From NCBI GenBank assembly GCA_964016885.1, contig OZ024745.1, forward strand, positions 131,626,001 through 131,690,000: 64,000 nt of DNA, in the 5' to 3' direction. The first letter of the stretch is position 1. The number at the start of each line of letters is the position of its first letter. The notes below the pieces were generated by a model. It worked only from the letters and a program-made list of their open reading frames with translations, was not told where the DNA came from and did no database searches. Below are positions 12,892 to 25,840 of the stretch, one piece after another. A program made the translations under genes and the position numbers. The stretch comes from Eledone cirrhosa. Its lineage: Eukaryota.

Positions 12892-14940
12892 CACCCAACT
12901 GTGCCACCACACAACAGTGCCACCACACAACAGTGCCACCACCCAACTGTGCCACCACACAACAGTGTCACCACCCAACTGTGCCACCACAAAACTGTGC
13001 CACCACCCAACAGTGCCACCACCCAACTGTGCCACCACCCAACAGTGCCACCACACAACAGTGCCACCACACAACAGTGCCACCACCCAGCTGTGCCACT
13101 ACACAACAGTGCCACCACCCAACTGTGCCACCACACAACAGTGCCACCACCCAACTGTGCCACCACCCAACAGTGCCACCACAGAACAGTGCCACCACAC
13201 AACAGTGCCACCACCCAACTGTGCCACCACACAACAGTGCCACCACCCAACTGTGCCACCACCCAACTGTGCCACCACACAACAGTGTCACCACCCAACT
13301 GTGCCACCACAAAACTGTGCCACCACACAACAGTGCCACCACCCAACAGTGCCACCACACAACTGTGCCACTACACAACAGTGCCACCACCCAACAGTGC
13401 CACCACACAACAGTGCCACCACACAACAGTGACACCACACAACAGTGCCACCACCCAACTGTGCCACCACACAACAGTGCCACCACCCAACAGTGCCACC
13501 ACACAACAGTGCCACCACACAACCGTGCCACCACCCAACTGTGCCACCACACAACAGTGCCACCACCCAACAGTGCCACCACACAACTGTGCCACTACAC
13601 AACAGTGCCACCACCCAACAGTGCCACCACACAACAGTGCCACCACACAACAGTGCCACCACACAACAGTGCCACCACACAACTGTGCCACTACACAACA
13701 GTGCCACCACCCAACAGTGCCACCACACAACAGTGCCACCACACAACAGTGCCACCACACAACTGTGCCACTACACAACAGTGCCACCACCCAACTGTGC
13801 CACCACACAACAGTGCCACCACCCAACAGTGCCACCACCCAACAGTGCCACCACACAACAGTGCCACCACACAACAGTGCCACCACCCAACTGTGCCACC
13901 ACACAACAGTGCCACCAGACAACAGTGCCACCACACAACAGTGCCACCACCCAACTGTGCCACTACACAACAGTGCCACCACACAACAGTGCCACCACCA
14001 CCCAACAGTGCCACCACACAACAGTGCCACCACCCAACAGTGCCACCACACAACTGTGCCACCACACAACAGTTCCACCACACAACAGTGCCACCACACA
14101 ACAGTGCCACCACACAACAGTGCCACCACCCAACTGTGCCACCACACAACAGTGCCACCACACAACAGTGCCACCACACAACAGTGCCACCACACAACAG
14201 TGCCACCACACAACAGTGCCACCACACAACAGTGCCACCACCCAACTGTGCCACTACACAACAGTGCCACCACACAACAGTGCCACCACCACCCAACAGT
14301 GCCACCACACAACAGTGCCACCACCCAACAGTGCCACCACACAACTGTGCCACCACACAACAGTGCCACCACACAACAGTGCCACCACACAACAGTGCCA
14401 CCACCCAACTGTGCCACCACACAACAGTGCCACCACACAACAGTGCCACCACACAACAGTGCCACCACACAACAGTGCCACCACACAACAGTGCCACCAC
14501 CCAACTGTGCCACCACACAACTGTGCCACCACCCAACTGTGCCACCACCCAACAGTGCCACCACACAACAGTGCCACCACACAACAGTGCCACCACCCAA
14601 CTGTTCCACCACACAACTGTGCCACCACCCAACTGTGCCACCACACAACAGTGCCACCACCCAACTGTGCCACCACACAACAGTGCCACTACACAACAGT
14701 GCCACCACACAACAGTGCCACCACCCAACAGTGCCACCACACAACAGTGCCACCACACAACAGTGCCACCACCCAACTGTGCCACCACACAACAGTGCCA
14801 CCACACAACAGTGCCACCACCCAACTGTTCCACCACACAACTGTGCCACCACCCAACTGTGCCACCACACAACAGTGCCACCACCCAACTGTGCCACCAC
14901 ACAACAGTGCCACCACCCAACTGTGCCACCACACAACAGT
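12892..14940. repeat. 16-bp minisatellite gtgccaccacacaaca, more than 120 units
   Basis: Direct periodicity; explains the six-frame ORFs here. Confidence 0.95.
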
Positions 14941-15059
14941 ATGTAGTATACAACAGAGTCAGCCATGTCACAACATCTCCTCTAAACAAGAGAAACCTCT
15001 CTCAAAGTTAAAAGTGCAGCAATGGACAACTACTTTATCAGGTTGATGACTTCATATTG

Positions 15060-15825
15060 CAGCAGCAACAGCAGCAGCAGTAGCTAGTGGTGATGGTAGT
15101 GGTGGTGGTGATAATGGTAGTGCTGGTGTTGGTGGTGGTAGCGGTGTTGGTGCTGGTGTGGTGGTGATGGTGATAGTAGTAGTAGTACTGGTGGTACTAG
15201 TAGCAGTAGTGATGGTGGTGGTAGTAGTAGTAGTAGTGATGGTGGTAGTAGTAGTAGTAGCAGTAGTAGTAGTAGCAGTAGTAGTAGTAGTAGTAGCAGT
15301 AGCAGTAGTAGTAGTAGCAGTAGTAGTAGTAACAGTAGCAGTAGTAGTAGTAGCAGTAGTAGCAGTAGTAGTAGTAGCAGTAGCAGCAGTAGTAGTAGCA
15401 GTAGCAGCAGTAGTAGTAGCAGTAGTAGTAGTAGTAGCAGTAGTAGCAGTAGCAGCAGTAGTAGTAGTAGCAGTAGTAGCGGTAGCAGTAGTAGCAGTAG
15501 TAGTAGTAGCAGTAGCAGCAGTAGTAGCAGTAGTAGCAGTAGTAGTAGTAGTAGCAGCAGTAGTAGTAGTAGTAGCAGTAGTAGTAGTAGCAGTAGTAGT
15601 AGTAGCAGTAGTAGTAGTAGCAGTAGTAGTAGTAGCAGTAGTAGTAGTAGCAGTAGCAGTAGTAGCAGTAGTAGCAGTAGTAGTAGTAGCAGTAGCAGTA
15701 GTAGTAGCAGTAGTAGTAGCAGTAGTAGTAGTAGTAGCAGTAGCAGCAGTAGTAGCAGTAGTAGTAGTAGCAGTAGTAGTAGTAGCAGTAGTAGCAGTAG
15801 TAGTAGTAGCAGCAGTAGTAGTAGC

Positions 15826-15857
<32 letters not shown>

Positions 15858-16320
15858 CAGTAGTAGCAGTAGTAGTAGTAGTAGTAACAGTAGTAGTAGT
15901 AGCAGTAGAGGTAGTAGTAGTAGTAGCAGCAGTAGTAGCAGTAGTAGCAGTAGTAGTAGTAGTAGTAGTAGCAGTAGTAGTAGCAGTAGTAGCAGCAGTA
16001 GTAGCAGTAGTAGTAGCAGTAGTAGCAGTAGTAGTAGCAGCAGTAGTAGTAGTAGCAGCAGTAGTAGTAGCAGCAGTAGCAGTAGCAGTAGTAGCAGCAG
16101 CAGCAGTAGTAGTAGCAGTAGTAGTAGTAGTAGTAGTAGCAGTAGTAGTAGCAGTAGTAGCAGCAGTAGTAGCAGTAGTAGTAGCAGTAGTAGTAGCAGC
16201 AGTAGTAGTAGTAGCAGCAGTAGTAGTAGCAGCAGTAGCAGTAGCAGTAGTAGCAGCAGCAGCAGTAGTAGTAGCAGTAGTAGTAGTAGTAGTAGCAGTA
16301 GCAGCAGTAGTAGTAGTAGG
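15060..16320. repeat. (GTA/GCA)n trinucleotide array
   Basis: Direct. Confidence 0.95.
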
Positions 16321-16394
16321 GGATGTCAACCATAAATCTGTCCATTTATAATATTCTGAGTGAAATCTAGTACAGCATTGAATGGGGTAATAAT

Positions 16395-17900
16395 GGTGTG
16401 TAGTGTGGTGTGTGGTGTGTAGTGTGGTGTGTGGTGTGGTGTGGTGTGGTGTGGTGTGGTGTGGTGTGTTGTGTGGTGTGTTGTGTGGTGTAGTTTGTGC
16501 TGTGGTGTGGTGTGGTGTGTTGTGTGGTGGTGTGTTGTGTGTGATGTGTTGTGTGTTGTGGTGTTCTGTGTGTGGTGTGTGGTGTGTTGTTGGTGTGTTG
16601 TGTGTGTGTGTTGTGTGTTGTGGTGTGTTGTTGGTGTGTGGTGTGTTGTTGGTGTGTTGTGTGTGTGTGTGTGGTGTGGTGTGGTGTGTGGTGTGGTGTG
16701 GTGTGGTGTGGTGTGGTGTGGTGTGGTGTGGTGTGGTGTGGTGTGGTGTGGTGTGGTGTGGTGTGGTGTGGTGTAATGTGTTGTGTGATGTGTGGTGTGT
16801 TGTTGGTGTGTTGTGTGGTGTGTGGTGTGGTGTGTTGTGGTGTTCTGTGTGTTGTGTGTTGTGGTGTTCTGTGTGTGGTGTGGTGTGGTGTGTGGTGTGG
16901 TGTGGTGTGGTGTGGTGTGGTGTGATGTGTTGTGTGATGTGTTGTGTTGTTGGTGTGTGGTGTGTTGTTGGTGTGTTGTGTGTGTGTGTGGTGTGTTGTG
17001 TGTTGTGGTGTGTGGTGTGGTGTGGTGTGGTGTGGTGTGGTGTGATGTGATGTGTTGTTGGTGTGTGGTGTGTTGTTGGTGTGTTGTGTGTGTGTGGTGT
17101 GTTGTGTAGTGTGTGGTGTATTGTGTGGTGTGGTGTTCTGTGTGTGGTGTGTTGTGTGTGTGTGTGTGGTGTGGTGTGGTGTGGTGTGGTGTGTGGTGTG
17201 GTGTGGTGTGGTGTGGTGTGGTGTGGTGTGGTGTGGTGTGATGTGTTGTGTGATGTGTTGTGTTGTTGGTGTATGGTGTGTTGTTGGTGTGTTGTGTGTT
17301 GTGGTGTGTGGTGTGGTGTGGTGTGGTGTGGTGTGGTGTGATGTGTTGTTGGTGTGTGGTGTGTTGTTGGTGTGTTGTGTGTGTGTGTGTGTGTGTGTGT
17401 GTTGTGTTGTGTGGTGTGGTGTGGTGTGGTGTGTGATGTGTTGTGTTGTTGGTGTGTGGTGTGTTGTTGGTGTGTTGTGTGTGGTGTGGTGATGTGTGGT
17501 GTGGTGATGTGTGGTGTGGTGTGTTTTGTTGTGTGTTGTGTGGGGTGTGGTGGGGTGTGGTGTGGTGTGGTGTGTTGTGTGTGTGGTGTGGTGTATTGTG
17601 TGATGTGTTGTGGTGTTGTGTGATGTGTTGTGGTGTTGTGTGATGTGTTGTGTATTGTGGTGTTGTGTGTGTGGTGTGTTGTTGGTGTGTGATGTGTTGT
17701 GTGGTGTGTTGTGTGGTGTGTTGTGTGGTGTGTTGTGTTTTGTTGGTGTGTTGTGTGGTGTGTTGTGTGGTGTGTTGTGTGGTGTGTTGTGTGGTGTGTT
17801 GTGTTTTGTTGGTGTGTTGTGTGGTGTGTTGTGTGTGTGTGGTGTGTTGTGTGGTGTGTTGTGTGTGTGTATGCTCACATTGTGTGTGTTTGTGGGTGTG
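16395..17900. repeat. GT-rich complex satellite (gtgtg/gtggt/gttgt)
   Basis: Direct. Confidence 0.95.
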
Positions 17901-17949
17901 TAGTGGAAGACAAAAGATATGAAAATAGTTTGAGTGTATGGTGGTGAGA

Positions 17950-18500
17950 TGAAAGATAGGAGAGAGAGAGAGAGATGAGAAAGGGAGAGATGAGAGAGAA
18001 TTGAGAGAGAGGGAGAGAGAGAGAGTTGAGAGAGAGAGATGAGAGAGAGATAAAGAGAGGGAGAGAGAGAGATGAAAGAGAGAGATGAGAGAGAGAGATG
18101 AGAAAGGGAGAGATGAGAGAGAATTGAGAGAGAGGGAGAGAGAGAGTTGAGAGAGAGAGATGAGAGAGAGATAAAGAGAGGGAGAGAGAGAGATGAAAGA
18201 GAGAGATGAGAGAGAGAGATGAGAGAGAGAGAGATGAGAGAGAGAGATGAGAGAGAGAGATGAGAAAGGGAGAGATGAGAGAGAGAGAATTGAGAGAGAG
18301 AGGGAGTTTAGAGAGAGAGAGAGATGAGAGAGGGAGAGAGAGAGTTGAGAGAGAGAGATGAGAGAGAGATAAAGAGAGGGAGAGAGAGAGGATGAGAGAG
18401 AGAGAGAGAGGGAGAGAGAGATGAGAGAGAGAGGGAGAGAGAGAGAGAGATGAGAGAGAGAGGGAGAGAGAGAGAGAGGGAGAGAGAGAGATGAGAGATC
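17950..18500. repeat. (GA)n polypurine tract
   Basis: Direct. Confidence 0.95.
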
Positions 18501-18889
18501 TAAATGAGGAAAGTTTAGGCATACTTTCTAATTGATGGGGAGACATACAGGAAACAGTATATATATATATATACATGTATATAGCAGTACATACAGGTAT
18601 ATATATATATATACACAGGTATATATCATCATGATATAGCAGTACATACAGGTATATATATATATATATATATATACAGGTATATATCATCATGATATAG
18701 CAGTACATACAGGTATATATATATACACATATATATATAGCAGTACATACAGGTATATATATATATATACACATGTATATAGCAGTACATACAGGTATAT
18801 ATATATATACACATATATATATAGCAGTACATACACAGCTATAGACAGCATTGACATTTATATACATACATACACATAAAGGTGAACAG

Positions 18890-19605
18890 TACACAGACAC
18901 ATTAGTAAACATAAACACAGAGACACATTAGTGAACACACAGACATAAACACATGTGGACATAAACACATGCCATCACACTGACATAAACATAAACAAAT
19001 GTGAACACACAGGGACACAAACACATAAACACATGTGAACACACACAGAGACATGAACACATGTGGACACACACAGACATAAACACACGAACACATGTGA
19101 ACACAGAGACACAAAAACATGTGAACACGGAGAGACGAAGACATGTGAACACAGAGACACAAAGACATGTGAACACGGAGAGATGAAAACATGTGAACAC
19201 AGAGACACAAAGACATGTGAACACGGAGACACAAAGACTGTGAACACAGAGACACAAAGACATGCGAACACAGAGAGACGAAGACATGTGAACACGGAGA
19301 GACGAAAACATGTGAACACAGAGACACAAAGACATGTGAACACAGAGACACAAAGACATGTGAACATGGAGAGACGAAGACATGTGAACACAGAGACACA
19401 AAGACATGTGAACACAGAGAGACGAAGACATGTGAACACGGAGAGACGAAGACATGTGAACACGGAGACACAAAGACATGTGAACACGGAGAGACGAAGA
19501 CATGTGAACACAGAGACACAAAGACATGTGAACACGGAGACACAAAGACATGTGAACACAGAGACACAAAGACATGTGAACACGGAGAGACGAAGACGTG
19601 AACAA
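18890..19605. repeat. 24-bp minisatellite catgtgaacacagagacacaaaga
   Basis: Direct periodicity. Confidence 0.92.
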
Positions 19606-19683
19606 AATTTCAAAATAAAATAAATAGAGATGATATAAAGTAACTATCTTTTGTTTATTATTATTATGATTATTCAAATCCTG

Positions 19684-19882
19684 GGCGGTGGATTGGCAGT
19701 ATCGGTAGAGGGTCAGATGCTATGATTTGACACATAGAGTTACCGCCCTTTATGATCTGAGTTCAAATCCCCCCGAGGTTAACTTTGCCTTTCATCCTTG
19801 CGGGGTCGTTAAATAAAGTACCAGTAATGCACCGGGGTAATTGCTGGCCTTGTGCCAAAAAGTAGAAATAATAATTATTATT
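19684..19882 (+). mobile_element. Full SINE family A copy
   Basis: A and B boxes, conserved body, (att)n tail. Confidence 0.88.
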
Positions 19883-20736
19883 ATATATATACACCCACAC
19901 ACATCTCTCTCTCTCTCTATATATATATATATACACACACACAAATATATATATATATATATATGTATATACATACACATATATGTGTGTATGTATGTGT
20001 GTGGAGGGAGAGAGAGAGACATATATATATATGTAAATATATGTTTGGTGAAAAAATAGCTAGATGCGTAGGTGGAAGAAGCCTGGAAGTTTCTCATAGT
20101 GATACAAGAAGACACATTGTCCGCAACAGTATATGAAAGTAAATCCCGATGGTAATCCATAAAGGAAAATTTCTATGGATGATGAAGGAATATTCCCCTG
20201 GTATAATATGATCAATTGTCTGTAAGGTGATGGAGCATCGGTACAACTGTATAACATCCATCATTGATATTCTGATGATAACTTATAAATGAGAGTATTT
20301 GATGATTTCTTCTATCAGCAAGTAGGCTGATGAAAGTGCAACCAGTCATAAACGCACACACACATACTACCTCACACACATGCGTGTGTGCGTCTGTGTG
20401 TGTGTGTTTACAAATTAGTATGTGTGCATATATCCCTCCCTCCATTCATCCATCCGTCCATACAAATATATATGTATATATATATATATGCATACATATA
20501 TGTATATATGAATACATGTATACATATATGTATATATGAATACATGTATACATATTTGTATATATACATACATGTATAATATATGTAAATATACATATAT
20601 TTATAATGTATACATATATGTGCACAGCAGGGATATTTTAAAAGGTGTGTGATCTCTACAATTTAGAAACCAAGCTAATGCATTAGATTATAGATCTACT
20701 TATCCCACTACCAATTTACCTATCTATCAAACTATG

Positions 20737-20782
<46 letters not shown>

Positions 20783-21419
20783 CACTGTGTCATAAATATA
20801 TATATGACAATAGTGACCTAAGATAAATATAAATAAACACAGGTACAATATCAACAAACACACACTAGTGACCAACGTTAGAACACAAACACACAGACAC
20901 AGACTCAAACACACAGACTCAGACACAAACACACAGACTCAAACACAAACGCAGACTCAGACACAAACGTACAGACTCAGACACAAACGCACAGACTCAG
21001 ACACAAACGCACATATTCAGACACAAACACACAGACTCAGACACAAATGCCCAGACTCAGACACAAACACACAGGCACAAACACACACCAAACATAAAAC
21101 ACATGTACAAACAGAGACAACAATAAATAAATAAATACAATATAATAAGTAGATATTACAGCAATGAATCAGGAGGAAACATAATAGTATCACTGATGAT
21201 GTCACAGGTGTGTGATGAAAGAACTTTGAGAGGCTATATATATTTATATCTATATTTTTAACTGTTGGTCAATCAATGACTGCCAGTTAAATTTACTATA
21301 AGGATATAAAATATACGGAAGCGAAAACCAACTCAAACCAAAGAGTGAGTGTGTTTTATGATATATTTCTGGCAATATTATAACAATATGACCCTCCCCA
21401 AATATAACAATATATATAT

Positions 21420-21657
21420 AGTCCATCCTCGCACCCACACCATCCTTTCTCTGTAAAGTTATGTTGGTACCACAGAACATCCAGTCCACACTGTAAATGT
21501 GGTTGGTGTTAGGAAGGGCATCCAGCTGTAGAAAACCTGCCAGGGACAGTTCTGTATGAGCAAGACATGGTCAACCAATCAATCTTGCCTCAAGTGGGAC
21601 AATTCCCGTCTAACCCATGCTAGTGTGGAAGATAGACATCAAACGATGATGATGATA
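21420..21657 (+). mobile_element. Retroposon 3' fragment related to 22925-23252
   Basis: gtaaagttatgttgg, ggttggtgttaggaagggcatccagctgtagaaa, cccatgctagtgtggaa...(gat)n. Confidence 0.75.
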
Positions 21658-21740
21658 TAAGTTATTCCGGGTTCAATCGGGAGTAACCACAGTAAGTAAG
21701 GTACTCAATACATAGCAGAGTATAAATGTTTAATCTAGAA

Positions 21741-21793
21741 AAGCTTCTACAGGACTAAAACTGTTTCATTCATGAGAAATCATCAGGAAGCTT
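21741..21793 (-). ncRNA. Type I hammerhead ribozyme motif (family 1)
   Basis: aagcttc-CTGATGA-tttctcatgaat-GAAA-cag ttttagtc ctg-TA-gaagctt. Confidence 0.7.
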
Positions 21794-21840
21794 CCTGATG
21801 ATTTCTCACGAATGAAACAGTTCTAGTCCTGTAGAAGCTT
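21788..21840 (+). ncRNA. Type I hammerhead ribozyme motif (family 1)
   Basis: aagcttc-CTGATGA-tttctcacgaat-GAAA-cag ttctagtc ctg-TA-gaagctt; 7-bp stem I. Confidence 0.75.
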
Positions 21841-21978
21841 TTCTATATTAAAAAAAAAAATATATATACATATACACACATATATATATATATACATATA
21901 TATACACATATATATATATATACATACATACATATAAATATATATATATACTTAGGGATTCTGACATTACCATAACAG

Positions 21979-22065
21979 AAGTCCGATGAGCTTTTGATTG
22001 GAGAGTCAGGCCAGATCGATATAGATCGAACCTTGAGCTGATCAACTGTGAAACACACGTCACAC
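21979..22065 (+). ncRNA. Degenerate hammerhead (CCGATGA core, long stem II)
   Basis: CCGATGA...ttgattgg/ctgatcaa...GAAA-cacacg-TC; stem I only 2 bp; AATAAA follows. Confidence 0.4.
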
Positions 22066-22131
22066 CTCAATAAATATAATGAAGACCTAAGAGTGCGTCA
22101 TTTTTATTATTAGTATATATGTGTATATATG

Positions 22132-22162
<31 letters not shown>

Positions 22163-22609
22163 TGTTGTCACTCTGTGTGTGTATGTATGTATAAACACAT
22201 ATGTATTCATACCCACACACACGCAGACACATATATATAAAACAAACGTAAATCCATTAAACTTTTATAATGTAATACAAATGACTCGCTTCCCCTGAGC
22301 CAGCGGCTGTTTTATTAAATAAACAAATCTAAAAATATAAAACAATACATAAAATGACAATATGTGGAATATTTCCTAGTTGTAAAGTTATATTCCGTTG
22401 TTTATCTACAACGTACATTTAGCTCACAAGTTGTTAATAACTGATATAATTAATTATGTTTTCAAACAAACAAAAACAAAACAGAGCAAAAAAAAGAATT
22501 AAAAAAGAATGTCAAGGGATGTTGGTGTTGAAAAATTAAACTTTATTTCTGCTGCAGCATGTTAGCATTAGGTCTGTGTGATATATATATATATATAAAT
22601 TAGAAATAA

Positions 22610-23252
22610 GAGGGATCAGATGTTGTTTACTCGAGAGAAGGCTACGTTGGTACGGTCACGTGATGCGCATGAAAGACGGCAGCTGTATAACAAAGTGCAG
22701 GGCAATAAAGATAGACGGTAGCCACGGAGTAGGCAGACCCAGAAAAACATGGGACGAGCTGATAAATTCCGACCTCACACGCTTACACCTCTCCAAGACA
22801 ATGTCACTGGACCGAGACCTTTGGCGGTACTCAGTAATAGAGAAGACCCGCCTTACCTAAATACAAAGTAAAAACCTACTACAGTCAGTAGGCATCTCTA
22901 TCAAAACACACCCCCGTCCCACCACCTCCACCCCACCCACACCGCCCCTTTCAATGTAAAGTTATGTTGGTCCCACAACATCCAGGCCGAAACAAATGAG
23001 ATCGTGTAGGTGTCACGACAAAAAACACACAGTCCACGCTGTAAATGTGGCCGTGTAGGCAACACGGTAAAAACCTCCCAGTCCCACACTGTAAACGTGG
23101 TTGGTGTTAGGAAGGGCATCCAACTGTAGAAAACCCGCCAGACAGTCCTATGCGAGCAAGACAACCACTCTTGCCTCAAGTGGGAAAACCCCCGTCCAAA
23201 CCCATGCAAGCGTGGAACACGGACGCTAAACCTGATGATGATGATGATGATG
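22610..23252 (+). mobile_element. RTE LINE 3' fragment with a long 3' UTR and (gat)n tail
   Basis: RERRLRWYGHVMRMKDG...GRPRKTWDEL...DRDLWRY..* ending at 22860. Confidence 0.85.
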
Positions 23253-23395
23253 ATATATATATATATATATGTGTAAAAGGTAAACAGAAATAATAACACA
23301 ATCGGTACAGTATATGGAAGGTATATATTAGGTTAACGCTTGATACAGCAGGAAGAGAGTCTTAACATTTCGGAAGAAAGAATGAGAAATAAAAT

Positions 23396-23458
<63 letters not shown>

Positions 23459-23510
23459 GAGATAAGGAATACGTGAAGTTGAGAGATGTTAAATAGTCCT
23501 TATTAAGAAA

Positions 23511-23567
23511 GTTGTGATACATATTTCAATGATGATCTGAGCCAGTTACTGGATCTCATCAGACCAC
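23511..23567 (-). ncRNA. Degenerate hammerhead motif
   Basis: gtggt-CTGATGA-gatc..gatcatcatt-GAAA-tatgta-TC-acaac; one stem I mismatch, stem II base imperfect. Confidence 0.4.
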
Positions 23568-23780
23568 ATCATTATGTAATAAGGTTACATATAGAAAGAG
23601 CTACAAGGAAATGAAAACAAGTAGATTTTGAAGTATGAAACAGTTCTAGTCCTGTAGAAGCCATTTCTATATTAAAATATATATATATATATATATATAT
23701 TTATAATAGAAAAAAACCGAGAAAGTTTCATTTAGATATGAAAAATATTGATTGTGTATCAATCTGTTTTGCACGTTTTG

Positions 23781-24375
23781 CAGAGGATTGGATTAAGGTG
23801 AACTATAGGAGTTTTGGACCTGACCCCAGAGGATTGGATCAAGGTGAACCATAGGAGTTTTGGACCTGACCCCAGAGGATTGGATCAAGGTGAACCATAG
23901 GAGTTTTGGACCTGACCCCAGAGGATTGGATCAAGGTGAACCATAGGAGTTTTGGACCTGACCCCAGAGGATTGGATTAAGGTGAACTATAGAAGTTTTG
24001 GACCTGACCCCAGAGGATTGGATCAAGGTGAACCATAGGAGTTTTGGACCTGACCCCAGAGGATTGGATCAAGGTGAACCATAGGAGTTTTGGACCTGAC
24101 CCCAGAGGATTGGATCAAGGTGAACCATAGGAGTTTTGGACCTGACCCCAGAGGATTGGATTAAGGTGAACTATAGAAGTTTTGGACCTGACCCCAGAGG
24201 ATTGGATCAAGGTGAACCATAGGAGTTTTGGACCTGACCCCAGAGGATTGGATCAAGGTGAACCATAGGAGTTTTGGACCTGACCCCAGAGGATTGGATT
24301 AAGGTGAACTATAGAAGTTTTGGACCTGACCCCAGAGGATTGGATTAAGGTGAACTATAGGAGTTATGGACCTGA
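23781..24375. repeat. 46-bp minisatellite, about 13 units
   Basis: cagaggattggatcaaggtgaaccataggagttttggacctgaccc; period from 23821/23867. Confidence 0.95.
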
Positions 24376-24549
24376 TTTCAGTATCGATCTTCTCCTAAGA
24401 CTGGTGATGCAGCAAAAGATATATTTTTGTTGTGGTATGTGGACCGAGAAGGTATATATATATAGGCAATCATGAGAAATCCATATGAGAAATCATGAGA
24501 AATCCATATGAGAAATCCATATGAGAAATCCATATGAGAAATCATCAGG

Positions 24550-24684
24550 AAGCTTCCTGATGATTTCTCATGAATTAAACAGTTCTAGTCCTGTAGAAGC
24601 TTTTCTATATTAAAACATTTATACTCTACTATGTATTGAGTACCTTACTTACTGTGGTTACCTCCGATTCAACCCGGAATAACT

Positions 24685-24687
<3 letters not shown>
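24550..24687 (+). mobile_element. Family 1 hammerhead element with a mutated core (GAAA to TAAA)
   Basis: Near reverse complement of 21657-21793. Confidence 0.75.
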
Positions 24688-24718
<31 letters not shown>

Positions 24719-24762
24719 TATCTTTCTTGTCTGCATTATCCATGCATTATTTGTATGTGGGG

Positions 24763-24860
24763 TTACCTTTGCCTTTCATCCTTACGGGGTCGATAAAATG
24801 AAGTACCAGTAATGCACTGGGGTAATTGCTGGCCTTGTGCCAAAAGTAGAAACAATTATT
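24763..24860 (+). mobile_element. SINE family A 3' half
   Basis: ctttgcctttcatccttacggggtcgataaaatgaagtaccag. Confidence 0.8.
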
Positions 24861-25049
24861 TGTATGTGGGGTTGTCTGAGAGAACATGTATGTGTGTATC
24901 TATGATGTAATGATAAGATGTATATGTGTGTGTGTGTGATATTGGCAGTAATACAGAGTGTTGGGGATGGAGATGTTCACATCAGGGGAGGTAACCTCCT
25001 TTAATTGTTACAAATTTTATCTAGAATGTTATTTTAAATATTTGCAAAA

Positions 25050-25360
25050 GACGCTCACACACGCACACACAGATACACAGACACACATACACACACAGAC
25101 ACAGACACACACAGACACACACAGAGGCACACAGACACACACAGAGGCACACAGACACACAGACACACAGACACACATACACACACAGACACAGACACAC
25201 ACAGACACACACAGACACACACAGAGGCACACAGACACACACAGAGGCACACACACACACAGATACACAGACACACATACACACACAGACACAGACACAC
25301 ACAGACACACACAGAGGCACACAGACACACACAGAGGCACACACACACACAGACACACAA
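25050..25360. repeat. (CA)-based complex microsatellite
   Basis: Direct. Confidence 0.9.
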
Positions 25361-25840
25361 AGGTTCCTTTATCATCTACAAAATTAAAGAAGCCTCACTA
25401 CTTACCATTGTCGTCATTCTCAGCAAACATGAGAGAGGCAGAGAGAGAGAGGGGGCGGGGGTGAATGGAAGAGAGAGAGTGAGAGAGAGGGGGCGGGGGT
25501 GAATGGAAGAGAGAGAGTGAGAGAGAGAGAGAGATGTATATGATGAGAGCAACAGAAAGGTAGAAGTGAGGGAAGGAATAGTTGAAGAGACAGCTAGATG
25601 TAGGTTGTTGGTAATAGGATTGAATAATATAGCAAGATGTTGGATAATATATTGTGTTTGTGCACATACATCTATGCCTGCATACATGCACATACATACA
25701 CACTCACATACATGCACACATGCATACATACGCACACATACACATACATACACACACATGCATACATACATACATACATACATAGACACACACATACATA
25801 CACACACACACATGCATACATACATACACACACACATACA

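Noticed and set aside
12134-17947. Long ORFs (up to 720 aa) resembling mucin or Cys/His-rich proteins
   Set aside because: Open in several frames on both strands because the repeat units lack stops; no unique coding flanks or splice context.
21657-24687. One composite 3-kb transposon bounded by inverted family 1 copies
   Set aside because: Each end has its own fold-back arm and the interior is a mix of unrelated repeats; independent insertions are the simpler explanation.
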